NCBI RefSeq assembly: GCF_000181795.1 | Contig: NW_003526943.1 | Coordinates: 5,158,588 to 5,222,587, forward strand | Direction: 5' to 3' | Length of the DNA: 64,000 nucleotides | Source of the DNA: Trichinella spiralis | Taxonomy: Eukaryota | Shown: in pieces, positions 42,274 to 56,923 of the stretch | How positions within the stretch are numbered: position 1 is the first letter of the stretch | How the letters are laid out: each line of letters starts with the position of its first letter | Translations under genes and position numbers: made by a program | Notes under the pieces: generated by a model | What the model was told of the DNA's origin: nothing | The model's database searches: none | The model's input: only the letters and a program-made list of their open reading frames with translations

Positions 42274-42965
42274 AACCATTATATTCACCGTGTACGATAT
42301 TTGTGCACATTATAGGATATAACAACAATTTATTCTAATCAAAAAACCATATTTATAACGTATTTTATTTAGTTACGTTGTATATTTAATTTGTATTTTA
42401 TCAAAATATAACAAAATAAAATAAATAAACTAATTTTAATTTACAGAATTGTGTATCCTTCCCTATAGAAATAATAAAAATAACTGTGAAATTTTATTTT
42501 TAAAAATGCCGATTCCAATTTGAAACATTTTATGAAATCAATTTTGTATCTTCAGCAAACTAACTTATGCCAGAAGTATTTCTTGAAATAATTTGAAAAT
42601 ATTACAATAATTGCATAACATGAAAATTTTCACAAAAAGCAAAAAATTCATTTCATCAGTTCTGTGAACGGAATTTTCAAAAGAGTCACATTGCGTACAG
42701 TAAACAGTAAATATGTACAATTTGTACCTGTGCATCAGTTTCGAAATGCTGTAGGTTGTCTTGTCATCTGTCTCTAGATGCAAGCTGGGCTCTCTGTTTT
42801 GACATCTTTTCACTGTTTTTTATTCGACCTGCAGCACATTTAACAATTTTTATTGCAAATAAAGATTGCAAAATCATTACCATATATTAGGGCAAATGTT
42901 CCCAAACTGGCTAGTGGAGCGTTCGAAGTGGACATATTTGCACTGGTGGTGAAGCTTGGCTGGTG

Positions 42966-45900
42966 ATGTGCATGCAGCCGGCGGCCAGTTACAGGCCTCG
43001 CCTGTGGAGTCGCCTGATCACTTTGACCATTTCGAGATTTTTGACTCAGTTCGGTATTCGCTATTTATCTGCCCCGAAGTGTCAGCGGTTTGTTGCTGCC
43101 CGTTGTGGATTTCCAAAAAATTTGGCTTTCCAAGTTAGCAGAGTTTTAGAACAAGATGTTTACGGTGACGACGCTTGTTTCATCGCTAACCATCGTACTG
43201 CTGATGTTATTGGTAAAAATTGTTGACAAATTTAAATTTGCAGTTTGATTTTGAAATATTCAGCTCAACAACCTTTTGTTTAAAAATTTGCATAATGTTA
43301 CATATTATGTATGTTGAAGATGTTAAATTATTATCTGTCCACCATAGTTAAGGACGACACTTATCGATCGATTTCATTTGATTTGTGTTTACCGTCATAA
43401 TAGCTCAAGTTTGACCAGTCAATTGAACGCATCATTTTATAACAGTTTATTTATCAGAATGTTATTTATTATTGGAATGAACGTTGAGATGGTGGGAAAA
43501 TGAGAAAAAAGGTAGATTGGCAGTCTTTTGATCGTAATGTAAGGAATAATAATTTCTAGGAGGGGCAATTTTTTGACAGTAGTTCTTCTGCGGTCTTTGC
43601 TTGGCAGTTTGCTTGTGCAGAAAGAGATGCGCATAATTCACGACATCATTTGCTAGCGTTGTTTGTTGACACCTACGCAGATGGTGATTGAAAGCATTGC
43701 AAAATTGAAAATTTGAGGTGCTATTGTTTTTTTCCTCCAATAGAATTTAGTTTACTTTCATTTTTAGTTTTTTTGAGATCTCATCTAAGTACCTGTAGTT
43801 GTACAAGAAAAGTGAAGTAGAAGAAAAATATCTCTTTTTACAACTGAATGGAAAATGATGTTTACTTTCTTGTGGTGTTGTTGTCAAGCATGTGTGCTTG
43901 TTATGAAATTTTATTTGATAAATTAATTTTTGTCCAAATGTGTAATTCATCAGCTTTCATGTTGTTATATGCAGCGGTAAATTATTTCACACAAATATAT
44001 ATATATATATACGTTTTTGGAAAAGATTTTTTAATTATTATTTTGCATGGTTATTTGAAGTACTTTTTTAGACACGCCTTTGGAAGGATGCAAAGAAAGG
44101 CTCTATATATATAGATGTAGATATCTATAATTATTGATTTGTGCGTTCAGCTGAATGCATTTGTGTTTGAAACGTTTTCCATTCAGTTTGTTTTTCAACT
44201 TAGATTTACTTTACATTAAAAGCAAACATTTTGGTAAAAAAATGTTAGAAATTTTAATTATTAAAAAATTCGCATTATTTATATAATTTTGTTGGTGAAA
44301 ACAGTTGTTATATTAAATTATACATTTAGTATAGTTTCATTCATATACCACCTTGATAACAAGTAAGCACGGCAACACGGAAGTGGTAGTATTACTACTA
44401 TTATTGCATTGTTTTTTTGCAATTAAAGTTCGTCAGTTGTTAACTAGAAATTTAATGCATACATTAAGAATGTTTTTTTTGAAATTTATTTGAACGTTGT
44501 TGCATCGATTTGCAATATTCTTTGAAACAAAATTTGGTGATTGGTATGTTATTGTAAAGCAGCAACAACAACAACAACAACAATATATTAATAATAGTAT
44601 TTTTTTAAAATGTTGTATGAAGTGGCAATTTCCATATTTTTAGTTTTATAATTTTGCAAATGTTGTTGTTGAATGTTGAATATGAAATATTTTATACAAG
44701 AAACCTTGTCGCATGATTGCCGCTTTATTTCGATTGATTGCAGCATATATAGAGTGAATACGTTTAAAAATAGAAAAATATATTTAATTTTAAATATTTT
44801 GTATTTGTGAAATAAAGTGATGATGTTTAAGGCGTGGCCGACGGCGTAGGTGGTTGGCGAAACTACGGCGTGGATCCGTCTCGGTTTTCACGTCGTCTGA
44901 TGGCCTCGTGTGCCAAGCTGGTACGCGAGGGTCGGTTTATTGCTCACCGGCCGGCCCAGCTGCTGGCCGCCTCCTATCAGGAGGTGACCCGCGGCGCTTG
45001 GGCGCCGAACAGCGGCGGCCAAAATCCCGAACGGCCTTTGAACGGCAGCAGCACTGCTTGCATTGTGATATTGGATCGGCGGAGCAGTGAAGTGCACACG
45101 GCCAATTTGGGCGATTCGGGCTTTTTGGTTGTGCGCCAGGGTCGGGTGGTCCATCGATCCCAAGAACAGCAACACTATTTCAACGCGCCCTTTCAGTTGA
45201 CCGTCAGCGACGATGCTGTTGGTCGATTTTTCGGTGACAGGTAAGTAATTTTTATTATTCTTTGGCATAAGGTTCGCTTTTTCATCATTCAAAGCTAATT
45301 TCAACAACAACAACAACAAAAGCGATCAATATGTCTGTCGATCGGTAGATAAATAATGGATAGATAGATAGATGGATAGATAGATAAATAGATTATTCTA
45401 CATTTTCTTTTTTCTTACCTCGAAACGTCTGCTTGCTTTTTATTTCAGAAATACACACTTTCACTGCACGTATTAATTTTAATTTACTTGAAACGACAGA
45501 CTGATTTATTACATATATATAAAATGTTTGCATAATTGCTGAACAAGTCAATGGAATGCAGTGAAAAATTACATTACAACTGAATTATCATCATCATCAT
45601 TCCTTTTGTATTGTTAATTAATTTTTGAATCAATAATTGAAGAAGGGAATAAAAAGTAAAATTTTGAACTTGAAAGCAGTTCGCATATAAAAACAAAAAA
45701 GATTGATTCCATTAAGTGATTTTTCACAAACGGTGGATGAAAATCGATATCATCATAATAAGAGGATCAAATGAAAAGAAAAAAAAGTATATTATTGTAC
45801 ACATCCGCCATTTTGGAGCATTTGTTCAACATTTTAAATTTTAATTTGAATATTTTCAAATGAAATTAATTTGAAAAAAATGGAGCGGGTTGATTTTTTG

Positions 45901-47469
45901 TTGTCGACGACGACTACGTTTGGAAAGATTCGAAAGTGAAAAGAGGAAGAAAGGTGGTTGTTGTGGTGGTTTATTTTGGAAAAAATAATTTAATAATATT
46001 AATAAATAATTGGTTTTATTTTTTTTGTTTGAATATGAATTTGGAACAATTTTTGTAAAATGAATGCAGAAGAGATGGAGAATGAGAGGAATTGTTCAAC
46101 ATGGTGGTGGTGATAAGTATTGATGAAGTATTATTTATTATATATAAATATATGCATTTTATATTCCTTTTCGTCTGTTGAAATTTTTACGACTAGAAAG
46201 AAAGCGAAAGAAATAATTTGTGCGACAGTTGTTGCGAGCAATAAATGAATAATGATAATATGCAATCAATAAAAATGGGAGGAGATGGAAAATTTTGGGG
46301 AGGTGAACAATTTTTGGAATGCCCGACGACAGCGTTGCGTAAGCACACCATCGCTGCTGGTGGGAGGTAGTGTTCTGCTAGTGCTGGTGTTAGCGGGTAA
46401 TTTTGCCTCATGCGGTGAGAGATTGTGGCGAAGAGAATTTTTACTTGGATGATTTGTGAAGCAAAAGAGGGAGAGAAGGGAAAAACACTTTGACGTTTTA
46501 AATAATAATAATAATAATAATAATAATATGAAATGTGCATATTTTGTCAATTTACTATCATTCAATTCTGTACAGCACATCTTTTGTTTGGAAAAATTGC
46601 AGTTGAACAGATTATTATTTTGTTTGTTTGTTTTTTGACTTGATCACATGAAAATTTTGTGACCATTTAAAAAGTTCGTTTTCCTTTATTTTTCTCTTTT
46701 GACAGACGATGAACTAATTGATACGATGAGAGATGACAAAATTTGATTTTTATTACACTGAATATCACTGTAGATTTCAATCTTTGATATTTTATTATTA
46801 CATGAATAAAAAGAAGCGTGTATTCAGTGGATTACCGCTTCCTTTTTGCAACATGAGAGCAGAAGTTTTTAATTTATATTTATTTATTTGCGTCAAAAGT
46901 TAAATATGTAATAATAAACTCTGTATATCGTTATATTATAAATGATGAATGATGATAATTGTCACAGATGCAATGTCGATTTTAGTCCAGATTCAGCGGA
47001 GACGAGTACGTTCAGGGTCGAATTGGGCGATTGTATTGTTGTGGCAACGGACGGATTGTTCGACAATCTTCCTGCCAGTTTAATCGAAAATGAATTATCA
47101 AAGTTGGAATCGTTCGAGCCGTTGGAAGTGCAACGTGCTTGCAATTCGTTGGCTTTTCAAGCGAGGCTTTTGTCCTTCGATCGGCACAGCATGTCACCAT
47201 TTGCCAAGAAGGCACAAGAGCATGGTATACAGGCGATTGGTAAGAAAAAGATAGACTAATTTCGAATTTTTATTCATTGGCTATGGGGATATTTCGATTT
47301 GTTTTTCTTTGTTCCATTATTCAATACATATATTACTTGCTTTTTCTTATTTTTCAAAATTTCAGGGGGAAAGCCGGATGACATAACGATAATTTTGGCC
47401 GTCGTTGCTTCGGCAGAATCGGAAGATGAAGAAGAGGAAGAATTTGAAGCTAGGGAACAAGAATCCTAA
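42966..47469 (+). CDS. PPTC7: PP2C-family phosphatase PTC7 homolog, 4 exons
   Basis: [62 protein letters not shown] and GGKPDDIT. The Arg-rich N-terminus resembles a mitochondrial presequence. Confidence 0.95.
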
Positions 47470-49584
47470 ATATGTAGAGTTGTCCCTCCTCCTCCTCCTC
47501 CCGTAGCGATGGTACTGTTTCTTGTATACAGTAGCGCGTTTGAGATTTTCATTTTTAGGTATTTATTTTATTATTATTATTATTATTATTACTTTTTTCT
47601 CTTTGTTGTTGAGATTATTTTTATTTATTTACCCATGAATATATATATCTATAGCCGCAGCATTGTTGTTTTGTTTTTTTCATCTGATGAATTTGTCGTT
47701 GATTATTTATCGACGACTGATACTGGCGCATTCACTGGCTTGTGACATGCTGCTTTCTTGGCTTTGACTTTTCTCTTTTGGCCAGGTTTTGAATAAGCCA
47801 AATTTTGCAATATCACATCTACAATAATATCTATATTGTCGTTTGTTACAAACTGTCTTGGACTGCCTGCGCTGGTCTTGACGTTCGTTCTTGCTAGCTT
47901 CAGCATGACAAAATCAATGGGTTATTATGTTTCAGCCTTTGTGGCGCAGAAAAAACAAAATAAAATAAGTTTCACCACCAAAGTTGAGTTTTTGTATTAA
48001 AAAAAATTTTTAATTTATTTTAATAATAAATTGAAAAATTGTAACAATAAAAGAAACATGTAATTTGTAATTGCAATGAATCACTGCATTGATGTGTGTG
48101 GATTTTTAAATAAAGCTGATAGCAAGATGATCGTCATGGCAAGTTGCAGAACCAGGAAATGATCAGTGAAAGATGAAGAAAACTGACAGCTGGCATTCCA
48201 AATATTGGGAAATGGGATACAATTTCACAGCAAACTCTTTTGTGTCTATTCAACTGAAGCTGAATACTTTTTGAAGTGGAAAAAAATGCAACATCATTGC
48301 AAAGAAGCCTGTATTTGTAAAGAATTGAAACATTTGACATTATTCTTATTAATTTTCAGGCAATTTTTTATTTATAATCAATAAATTGGTAAAAAGGTTT
48401 TTTTGTTTTATTAAAAATTAATGAACAGCATTTATTGATTGATCACTTGTAGGGTGGCGGTTCGTGTAGTTGCGGCATATCTTGATTTGCTGGTTTAATA
48501 ATCATCAAATATTGTTTGTTGCATTAGAAACTTGCTTTGTCAGAAATATTTTCTCATTGAATCAATCCTTATTTATTCTGGTTAATTTTCTTTTTTTACT
48601 TCACGAAGTTTCTATTTCCACTTAAAAACTGACCACTCCCAACGATCCAAGTAAACAAACATCGATAATTTGTTTATTGATTGTGTATTTCTTTGAAAAT
48701 GCACTTTTTTCTCTAAATTAATAAATTTTACTAGCAAAGGTGAAAATGAAAATGACAATTATTAAATTTTGAGTTTAAACAAAACAAATTGCATAAAATA
48801 TTGAATTCGCTGACCATTATTATTCATGAAGCTTGATGCACACTTGTCAGTGGAATGTCACTGGTTGTTTGTAGCAATATTTTTCAAAAGCTTGTAAATT
48901 TTTACTTTGCACTGTTTTCATAAAGCAAACAATAATTATTTAATTATGCAGTTATTGCAGTTAATTTAAAAAAGCAATAAATATTAAATTCTTGGGAAAT
49001 TTTAAATTCTTGGAAACGGGCAGTTTGGTTTTTTCCTCAATTGACAAATATGTACAGGAGATTTTCAAAGTTTATTTTCTCCGAGTTGCAGAAAATAAAT
49101 ATAACACTTTTCCCATCTTTTGTATTATATATATTTTCAGCTTGTGTAATTTTTTATTAGCCAAAATGCATGCAAACATCCCGACGACTACCAACTTCAA
49201 ATGCTTTTAGTACATCTGTATGCAGTTTTCAGTGTCACTTTAAAATCCCTCTCACATCATCAACATTTCATCCTCTACTTATGATTTGCATTAGGTTTCA
49301 TGAAATATTATTTCTTTTCAATAATTTTTCATCATATTTTAATGAAATGTCGTACTTCTTTCCATTTAATATTATAATAAATTTATACTTAGTTTTCTTT
49401 TTAGCTACAGTATTTTCTTTTATAATGCAAGCTTTATTTTTGATATTGTGATTTACTGCACCATATAAAATTTTCTTATCAATTCAAATTTCAAAAATTG
49501 AACAATTTCTTGAATTAATGAAATAGGTTTTGCATTATTTTCACTTCATCATTGCATCATCGAATTGTTCGTATTGAAGTGCGG

Positions 49585-52500
49585 ATGAGTCACACCCAGC
49601 TGCTTTCGAATTGCCAGTTTGCGGTTCGCATAGTACAATGTGATCATTACATGTGCAAGCCAATCCAAATAGGCAAAACTGGTGAATTTTTGTGTGAAAA
49701 AGAGAAAACGACTTGGGTTCCTGTTCTACGAATATTTGGTCTTTGTTCAAATGGTAGCTATAATCTTCATTCAATCTACGACTGAACGTGTGAAAAACTG
49801 TTTTCCAATAATCTAGGCACAAAATGCTGCGTTCACGTTCATGGAGTTTTTCCGTATTTTTTTGTCCAAAGTCCAGAAGATGACCCTTGTTCAAAATGGC
49901 TTTCTGAATTTAAACGTTTATTAAATTTTCAAATAAAAAATCAGATGCAAACTCCAGCAACAGGCAGTGGAAAACGCGCACATTTTTCATATGTACGCGA
50001 TGTTTCGGTTGAACGGCTGACGTAAGTGAGAAATGGTGCAATTTCTAATATTGAAATTCAAGCGCTGCATTTTTAGTCCATTTTATGGTTATCATGAAAA
50101 TGCTGTATCATTTTTGAAAATTTCATTGTACAATCCGAATTATGTTAAAAAGTAGTGAATACTTTGTTGTTGATTGAAAAGGTTAATTTTAGAGCTTTTA
50201 GAGCTGTAAAAGTTCTGCAGAATGGCTTAATTCATGGTATTCGCTTCGAAGCACACGAATCTCACGTACCTTACACATTGCAGGTAGTGGCTTTTTGCAT
50301 CATTTTGCGTTGACGTTGACAATTTTAATTCTGTCGCTGTTATTTAAGTTTTTTATTGACTTTAATTTATATGGAATGGATTTTCTGTATTTGCGGTGTG
50401 TGAAATTTCGCAAACGCAAAGTGCAAAATGGTGAAAACAGTCATACTGTTTCTTTATTATTTTAATTTTGATTATAAAAATTGTTTTTCAGAGAAACGTG
50501 CATTGGCTGCAACTAACGAATCATTCGATGACAAAGAGTTTGAATAATTTATTGATTTCTGGTATATTGCAGAAACTTTTTAAGTTTTATCTTTCAGTCC
50601 TTTCTTGTGTCAGAGTACTTGTGAAGTGGAGTTGGATTGCATGGCTGATGATATTTTGAACACCACAATAACATATTCGGGTGATTATTGAATGATACAT
50701 TTCAACAGCAATAATGATACTGTATTTTTAATTTTCAATACATGTTTAGGTGAACTGCAAAATCCTGGTTTGAAATATATATGGGCAGATGAAGCTAATC
50801 GCCGTATGGCGTCTAGTCAAGATTCGACTTTCAGTTACACACCATTATCTCAAGGAGGTGAGTAGGTGAAAATAATTTGTCAGTTATAAAATTTGAATAG
50901 CAGTTTAATTTTTCAGAACGGAAGCAGCTTATTGTATCAGAAACTGAAAGTCTCTATTTGAAAGATCTGGACGAAAAAATTGCAAGGTAGCAAGCAATTG
51001 ATTGTTAGAAGTTCAATCTGTTCAAAAGTTGTAGAGTTTTGTTTAGCTCGAAATCCGCTCCTCCGGTGCAGTTCGATTCAGCTTGTCAAGATGAACTTGG
51101 TTTTTGTTGTTGAATTTTAAAAATAATTTTTAAAAGAGAATTTGCATATTTAGACGAACAGTTGATGAGTATTTTGCGAGAGTTGCAAAGCGAATCCAAC
51201 GACGACAACAACACCATGGCGGCGGCTTCGTGCGGTGAATCTTTGGACGGAAGGTTTGAATTCACTGAATTGAGCTTGAAAAGTGGAAATTATAAAAAAA
51301 ATACTTGTGAAATTGACGATCTACCGCTTGAAGACGAGGACGAAGAGATTTTGGAATTGGAAGAAGACAGACTTGAGATGTCGCAGTCGTTGAATGATCT
51401 GCTTGGTGAATGTTCAGATTTGGAATTTTCCCTACAGTGAGCAATTTTGAACAGACATCTCTGATCGAGATTTGCATAAATTTTACTGGTTTGAGGATGC
51501 AAAGTGAAACGGCGGGACGAGTTGAGCAGGTCGACGGGCCACCGGGCAACGGGCGCAAGAAACCCTACTGTGGATGGATATCATTCGACGACGGATCAGA
51601 TGATTCCAATATTGGCACTGCTTCCTCGGCTAATTCGCGGACTTGTTCATCGAAGAAGAAGGAGAAAAGAGGAACCACCGGACAAGGTATTGAATGATTT
51701 TTGTTTTGACCAGAAAAGTCTGTTAGCGAAAAAACAGAGCAAACAATAAAGCAACTAAATTGATCATTTTTTCACTAGCGAAAAAGTTTTCCAACTTGCA
51801 GACTATTGATCTTTCATCTGAGCAGTTTGATGAGGGGATTTTTACTTTATGCAAAATATGTTCATCTGCAGATTGTACAAAATAAATTGCATAATGATGA
51901 TGATGATGTTATTGTTGTTGTTGAATATTTCTAGGAACAGCAAAAGCACAGTCGAAATATTGCCGGTCGTCTACAGAAGGCAGGTATTTGGAATTTTAAA
52001 AATTACATTTTGTTCATCTGTGAAAGAGAAGAAAAGCAGGTGTTCCAATAGTTCTGCTGGAGTTGCAGGAATGTAGATGCAGAATGCGGAATTTCAAGCG
52101 AAGTGAAGAAGAAAAAGAAGCGGAAAATCTATCGATCGGTGGTAAATTTGAAAGGCGGCGGCCAGATCGAAGCGAATCCAAATTTGATTGCTACGCGGAA
52201 AGAGGATAATTTGAATGAATCAAACCAACAAGCCAACAGCAGTCGATTGGATCCGGTAGATACATCTGGATGTTTTGTGAAACAAACGAGCGATCAACTG
52301 TGCAATGAAGAAGACAGAGAAGAAGAAGAAGAAGAAGAAGATAAAAGAGCAGTTGAAAAGCGGCACTCAGCTTGGTTGTTGGAATCGAGCGATATTTGCA
52401 AGCAGCAGGTTTCATCTGCAACTGTGGAAATGCAGGATGCCGGAAATTTAGAAGAATCATTCTGCGTCGAGTGTGAGGAGAAAGTCAGCGAACTGCAAGG

Positions 52501-55062
52501 TCTTGCCTACGGTCCTTATCATACCTTGCCGTCTGAGGCGCCGGATTTCGAGGCGGTCAAGCTGTGGCATTCTTGCAAATCGATTGCCAACGTCAGTGCC
52601 GTTTCAGAGCAGAGCTTCGTTAAAGCCACCCCGGATGGCGGTTCCACTTGCTTCGCCACCAGTCCGGCGGCATGTTCGCCAACACCTGGGAGTGCTTATT
52701 CTGTTCGCCAGTGTCGTGGTCGTCGTTCGTCGGCCAGCAGCACCTCGGTTGCCGTCTTGTCACCGGCTCAACGGTCGTTGAGTGACACCATCGAAGTGAA
52801 CGAATCGTTCGAATCCACTCTTTCAACCCTGGTTGCTGACAAGTAAGTAATTGGTTTTGCTTATTTAAATTTTATATTAATTTTCCCATTGTCCAGTGAA
52901 CAGAGAACGCCAAAACGACGTGCCCCTTTGTCGACTGTGTGCTCTTCTGTTGATGAGGTGTTGAAAATTGAGTTCAACAGGAAAGCTTATCAGAACAGAG
53001 AATCAGACGGCAGACGGCTTTCAATCCGACGTTACGTTGATTTCACACCGAAGGTAGGCGAACACACATATTTCAACATATTTATTCATTCATGCATTGA
53101 TATGTTGTTCATTTTTATCACAGAGACGTAAGTCCAGTGCTTCGAAAAGCAACATATCTGCAATAGAGGGTCCGTCATTGGACAACACGTTCGCGTTTGA
53201 TATCACAGATGTGAATTTTGCCGACGTTCGAATAGCCCAAGATGTGCGTAACCAAACTGAGCAACTTGCAACAGAAAGTTATTGTAGTGTCGTCTATGTG
53301 CTGCACACACTTATATATATATATGTATATACATTTGTCTCCTTTTCTTTCTTTTTCTCAGCTCGTTCCTTTGTGCACCATGAGCATGGAATTGCACGTA
53401 TGCACTCGTGACAATTTTCGTCCTGATCCTCAGTTGGATCCAATTGTCGCAATTTTCTACGCCGTCCATGTGAACGGTCACGACTGTATTGATCACTTCG
53501 GATGTATTGTCGTATCTGAAGAGGAAGCTGCTTTTCGTCAAGTATGAATAGAAAACAAATTAAAAAAAATTACTCGGCATTTTATTTTTAATGTTGTTTT
53601 TTGAATTTGTTCTGCAGCAATTTGCGACCACAATTCAATGCTGTGAACCAGATTTATCAATTTGTGTTCAAACTGAATTCGAGCTTCTGGAACAATTTAG
53701 CAACATTGTTTCGAAGTAAAATATATTTTTTTTGTTTGTTTTGTTTTTCAATTTGTTTGTTATATTGAAATAATTTGTTTGTTAGCTTTGATCCGGACGT
53801 GATTGTCGGTTATGAAATACAGATGCTCTCTTGGGGTTATTTGTTCGAACGTGCTTCATTTCTGGGAATGGACATGTGCACTCGTTGTTCAAGGATTCCT
53901 GGTAAATTTTGCATAGATCAATCTTTGCACACGCACACATTTTGAACATGTTTTTAGACAAAAATAAACAAAGCAGATCATCCAGCGACGATGATTGGTG
54001 GTCAATGGCCAATATACACGTCGCTGGCCGTATTGTACTCAATTTATGGCACATTATGCGTAGTGTGGTATTGTTGTTTTGTGTTTTGTGATTTGCTTAT
54101 TTATTTATTTATTTATTTATTTGTATGTTGGGATTCAAAAAATAGTTTTCATCTCATAGGTGACTCTTGGTATTTACACATTCGAAAACGTGGTATTTCA
54201 TGTTCTTCGCAAGCGTGTTCCATTTTACAGTTTTGAACAGCTCACCCACTGGCACACAACCTCTCATTCTAGGTACAGTTTTAATTGAAACCGTTGTTAG
54301 TATTGAATTATATACCATCTTCATTTTATTTTTGATCTGTGTAATAAATAAATGAATAAATTGATAATTTCAGATGGCGTGTGTATGATTATTATAAGTT
54401 GCGTGTTTGTGCCAATTTGGAAATGTTGATACAACGGGATATTTTAAACCGTACAAGCGAGCTTGCCAGATTATTTGGTATACAGTTTTTTGACGTGCTC
54501 AGCCGAGGTTCTCAGTTTCGTGTCGAATCAATGCTGTTACGAATGACAAAGGCTAGACAATTTGTCTCTTTGTCACCGAATCCTTTCCAACGACGAAGGT
54601 TTATTTAATTATTATATTGTTCAATGAAGTATTTTTATTCTACAATTTTTGTGAATGCAAATTCAAGTGTAGTTAATTTGAGTGCAGAACCAAATTTTTT
54701 AGGTAAAAATTTAATCAACTTTATTTTTCATTGGAGAATTTTAGACAATTTATAGAAGATAATTGGTGATTCATTTAATTAATCATCATTCAGTGTTTAA
54801 ATAGAGTTGACAAAGCATTCATAATTCAAAAGAGTATATTTTTCTGCACAGAATGGAAGCACCGGAATGTTTGCCGCTCAATTTGGAGCCCGAATCTCAG
54901 CTTTACCATGATCCTGTTGTAGTGCTTGATTTTCAATCACTTTATCCGTCCATTTGCATTGCTTACAATTACTGCTACTCGACTTGTCTTGGTAAAGTGA
55001 AAAAATTGCGCAAGTGAGCTATTTTGAAAATGCAACTTTATTTTTTCATCTTCTTGTTTATA

Positions 55063-55117
<55 letters not shown>

Positions 55118-56884
55118 TATTATTATCAGGGCAGACTTGATAACGTTTGGTTGTTCAACACTGTCCGTGCCGAGTGCTTTGTTAGCTAAATTGCGTCCGC
55201 ATTTGAACGTATCCCCTGCAGGGGTGGCTTTTGTCAACTCTGATCTCAGACGTGGCATATTGCCGCAGATGCTCGAAGAAATACTCAGCACTCGTGTCAT
55301 GGTCAAACGATGCATGCAACAATATTCCACGAACAAGGTATTTGCATTTGTTTATTTATTTATTTATTTGTTTTATTTAAATTTTTTATTTGTTTCAAAT
55401 TCAAGCCACTGGTGAAAATTCTCGACTCCCGTCAACTTGGGTTAAAATTGATTGCGAACGTCACTTATGGTTACACGTCGGCCAACTTCAGCGGTCGTAT
55501 GCCTTGCGTGGAGGTGAGCATTACATCGTTGTTGTTGCTGCTGCTGCTGCGCCAATTACAACTTTTATAATTTGTTGCCGATGTTCAGGTGGCGGATAGT
55601 ATTGTGAGTAAAGGTCGAGAAACGTTGGAAAATGCGATTCGATTCGTGAATCGAAATGAAAAATGGAATGCTCGCGTTGTTTACGGAGATACCGACAGGT
55701 GAGAAGGTTTCCCTGTTGAACAGAAAAGCAGAAATAAAGGAAAGCAATTATTTAATGTAAACCAAATTTAAAACAATAACTTAATGTTGTGACAAGGGAA
55801 CAATGAAATTGATTTCACTATTTTACAATGGCAGAAAAAATTGCAAAGTTACATCAAACACTTTTTACTTATTTTTTTGTTAATAATTTTATTAAAATAT
55901 AAGCAGATTAACGTTAATTTAATAAATTTTGCTAAAATGTGAAAATTATTCTACAAATTATGAGCAGATATGAGAAAAAACGAAGTCAAAAGCCCGTTAT
56001 TGTTTATCTTGCTTTGCTTCACCCTTATCATTGCTGGTCGTCTTCGGTTGATCCATCTTCCTCACATTCTCCGTCATTATCATTTGACTGGACTGTTTTG
56101 ATCGCTTGTGCAGCGGCATTGGTTTCTGCATCCTTGCGAGATTGTGTTTTTTGTTCATTAATTTGTTCGTCAGTTGTTTCTTTTCCTTTTGTTGAACTCT
56201 TTCTACTTGTCTTGATCTTTTGATTTTCGAACGGTTTGCTGTACTTCACAGTGATGCACCTGCGAGCGAAGATATCCAGCCTATGATCTTTCTCATCCCA
56301 CAGAAGCTTGGGTTCTGAAATTGGTAGGTCTTCAGGTTTCACTGCTAACAGTACTGTCAAACGATCTGACCGCACTTTGAAATCGTGCTCGTCGACTTTT
56401 GGAAAATAAACTTTTGCCATAGCAAAATCATGCTTTTCGATGTAGCCGTACGTTGGGTTGACGATGATTGCAGAGGGTCTGGTGCTTCTCAAGTGGAACC
56501 CGATGGTAACGTTAGTGGGATTTGTGATTGCAAACTTGATATGTCGCCGTTGTGTACATGACAGCCAGACTTTTATTTCTTGGAACGGAAGGGAAATTTT
56601 TTCCAGCGCTTTGTTGCTGTCTTCTTCTTTTGACATTTTCTCAGCCATTGTATTGCTAGGACAGCCACACTGCTAAGTTGGTTCTACCAAAATAAGCTGT
56701 GAACAGTTGAACTGATGGTACATATACATTGGCTCATGTGTAACTTTGAACTTTTAAATATTTTAAATTGGTTTGTTTTAAAGTGATTTCTATATTTGTT
56801 TAAAAATTTACTTTAAACAAATGTAGGCACAGGTTGATCGTTTTGCAAAGTGTTCAATTTTAATTCTGCAATGTAATTTACTCC

Positions 56885-56923
<39 letters not shown>

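Noticed and set aside
42453..42461. U12-type 5' splice site-like GTATCCTT (also at 3615)
   Set aside because: Both lie outside any gene model and no matching exon or branch point was found.
55014..55415. Poly-Ile ORFs on both strands
   Set aside because: Artefact of an intronic (ATT)n microsatellite read through into a REV3 exon.
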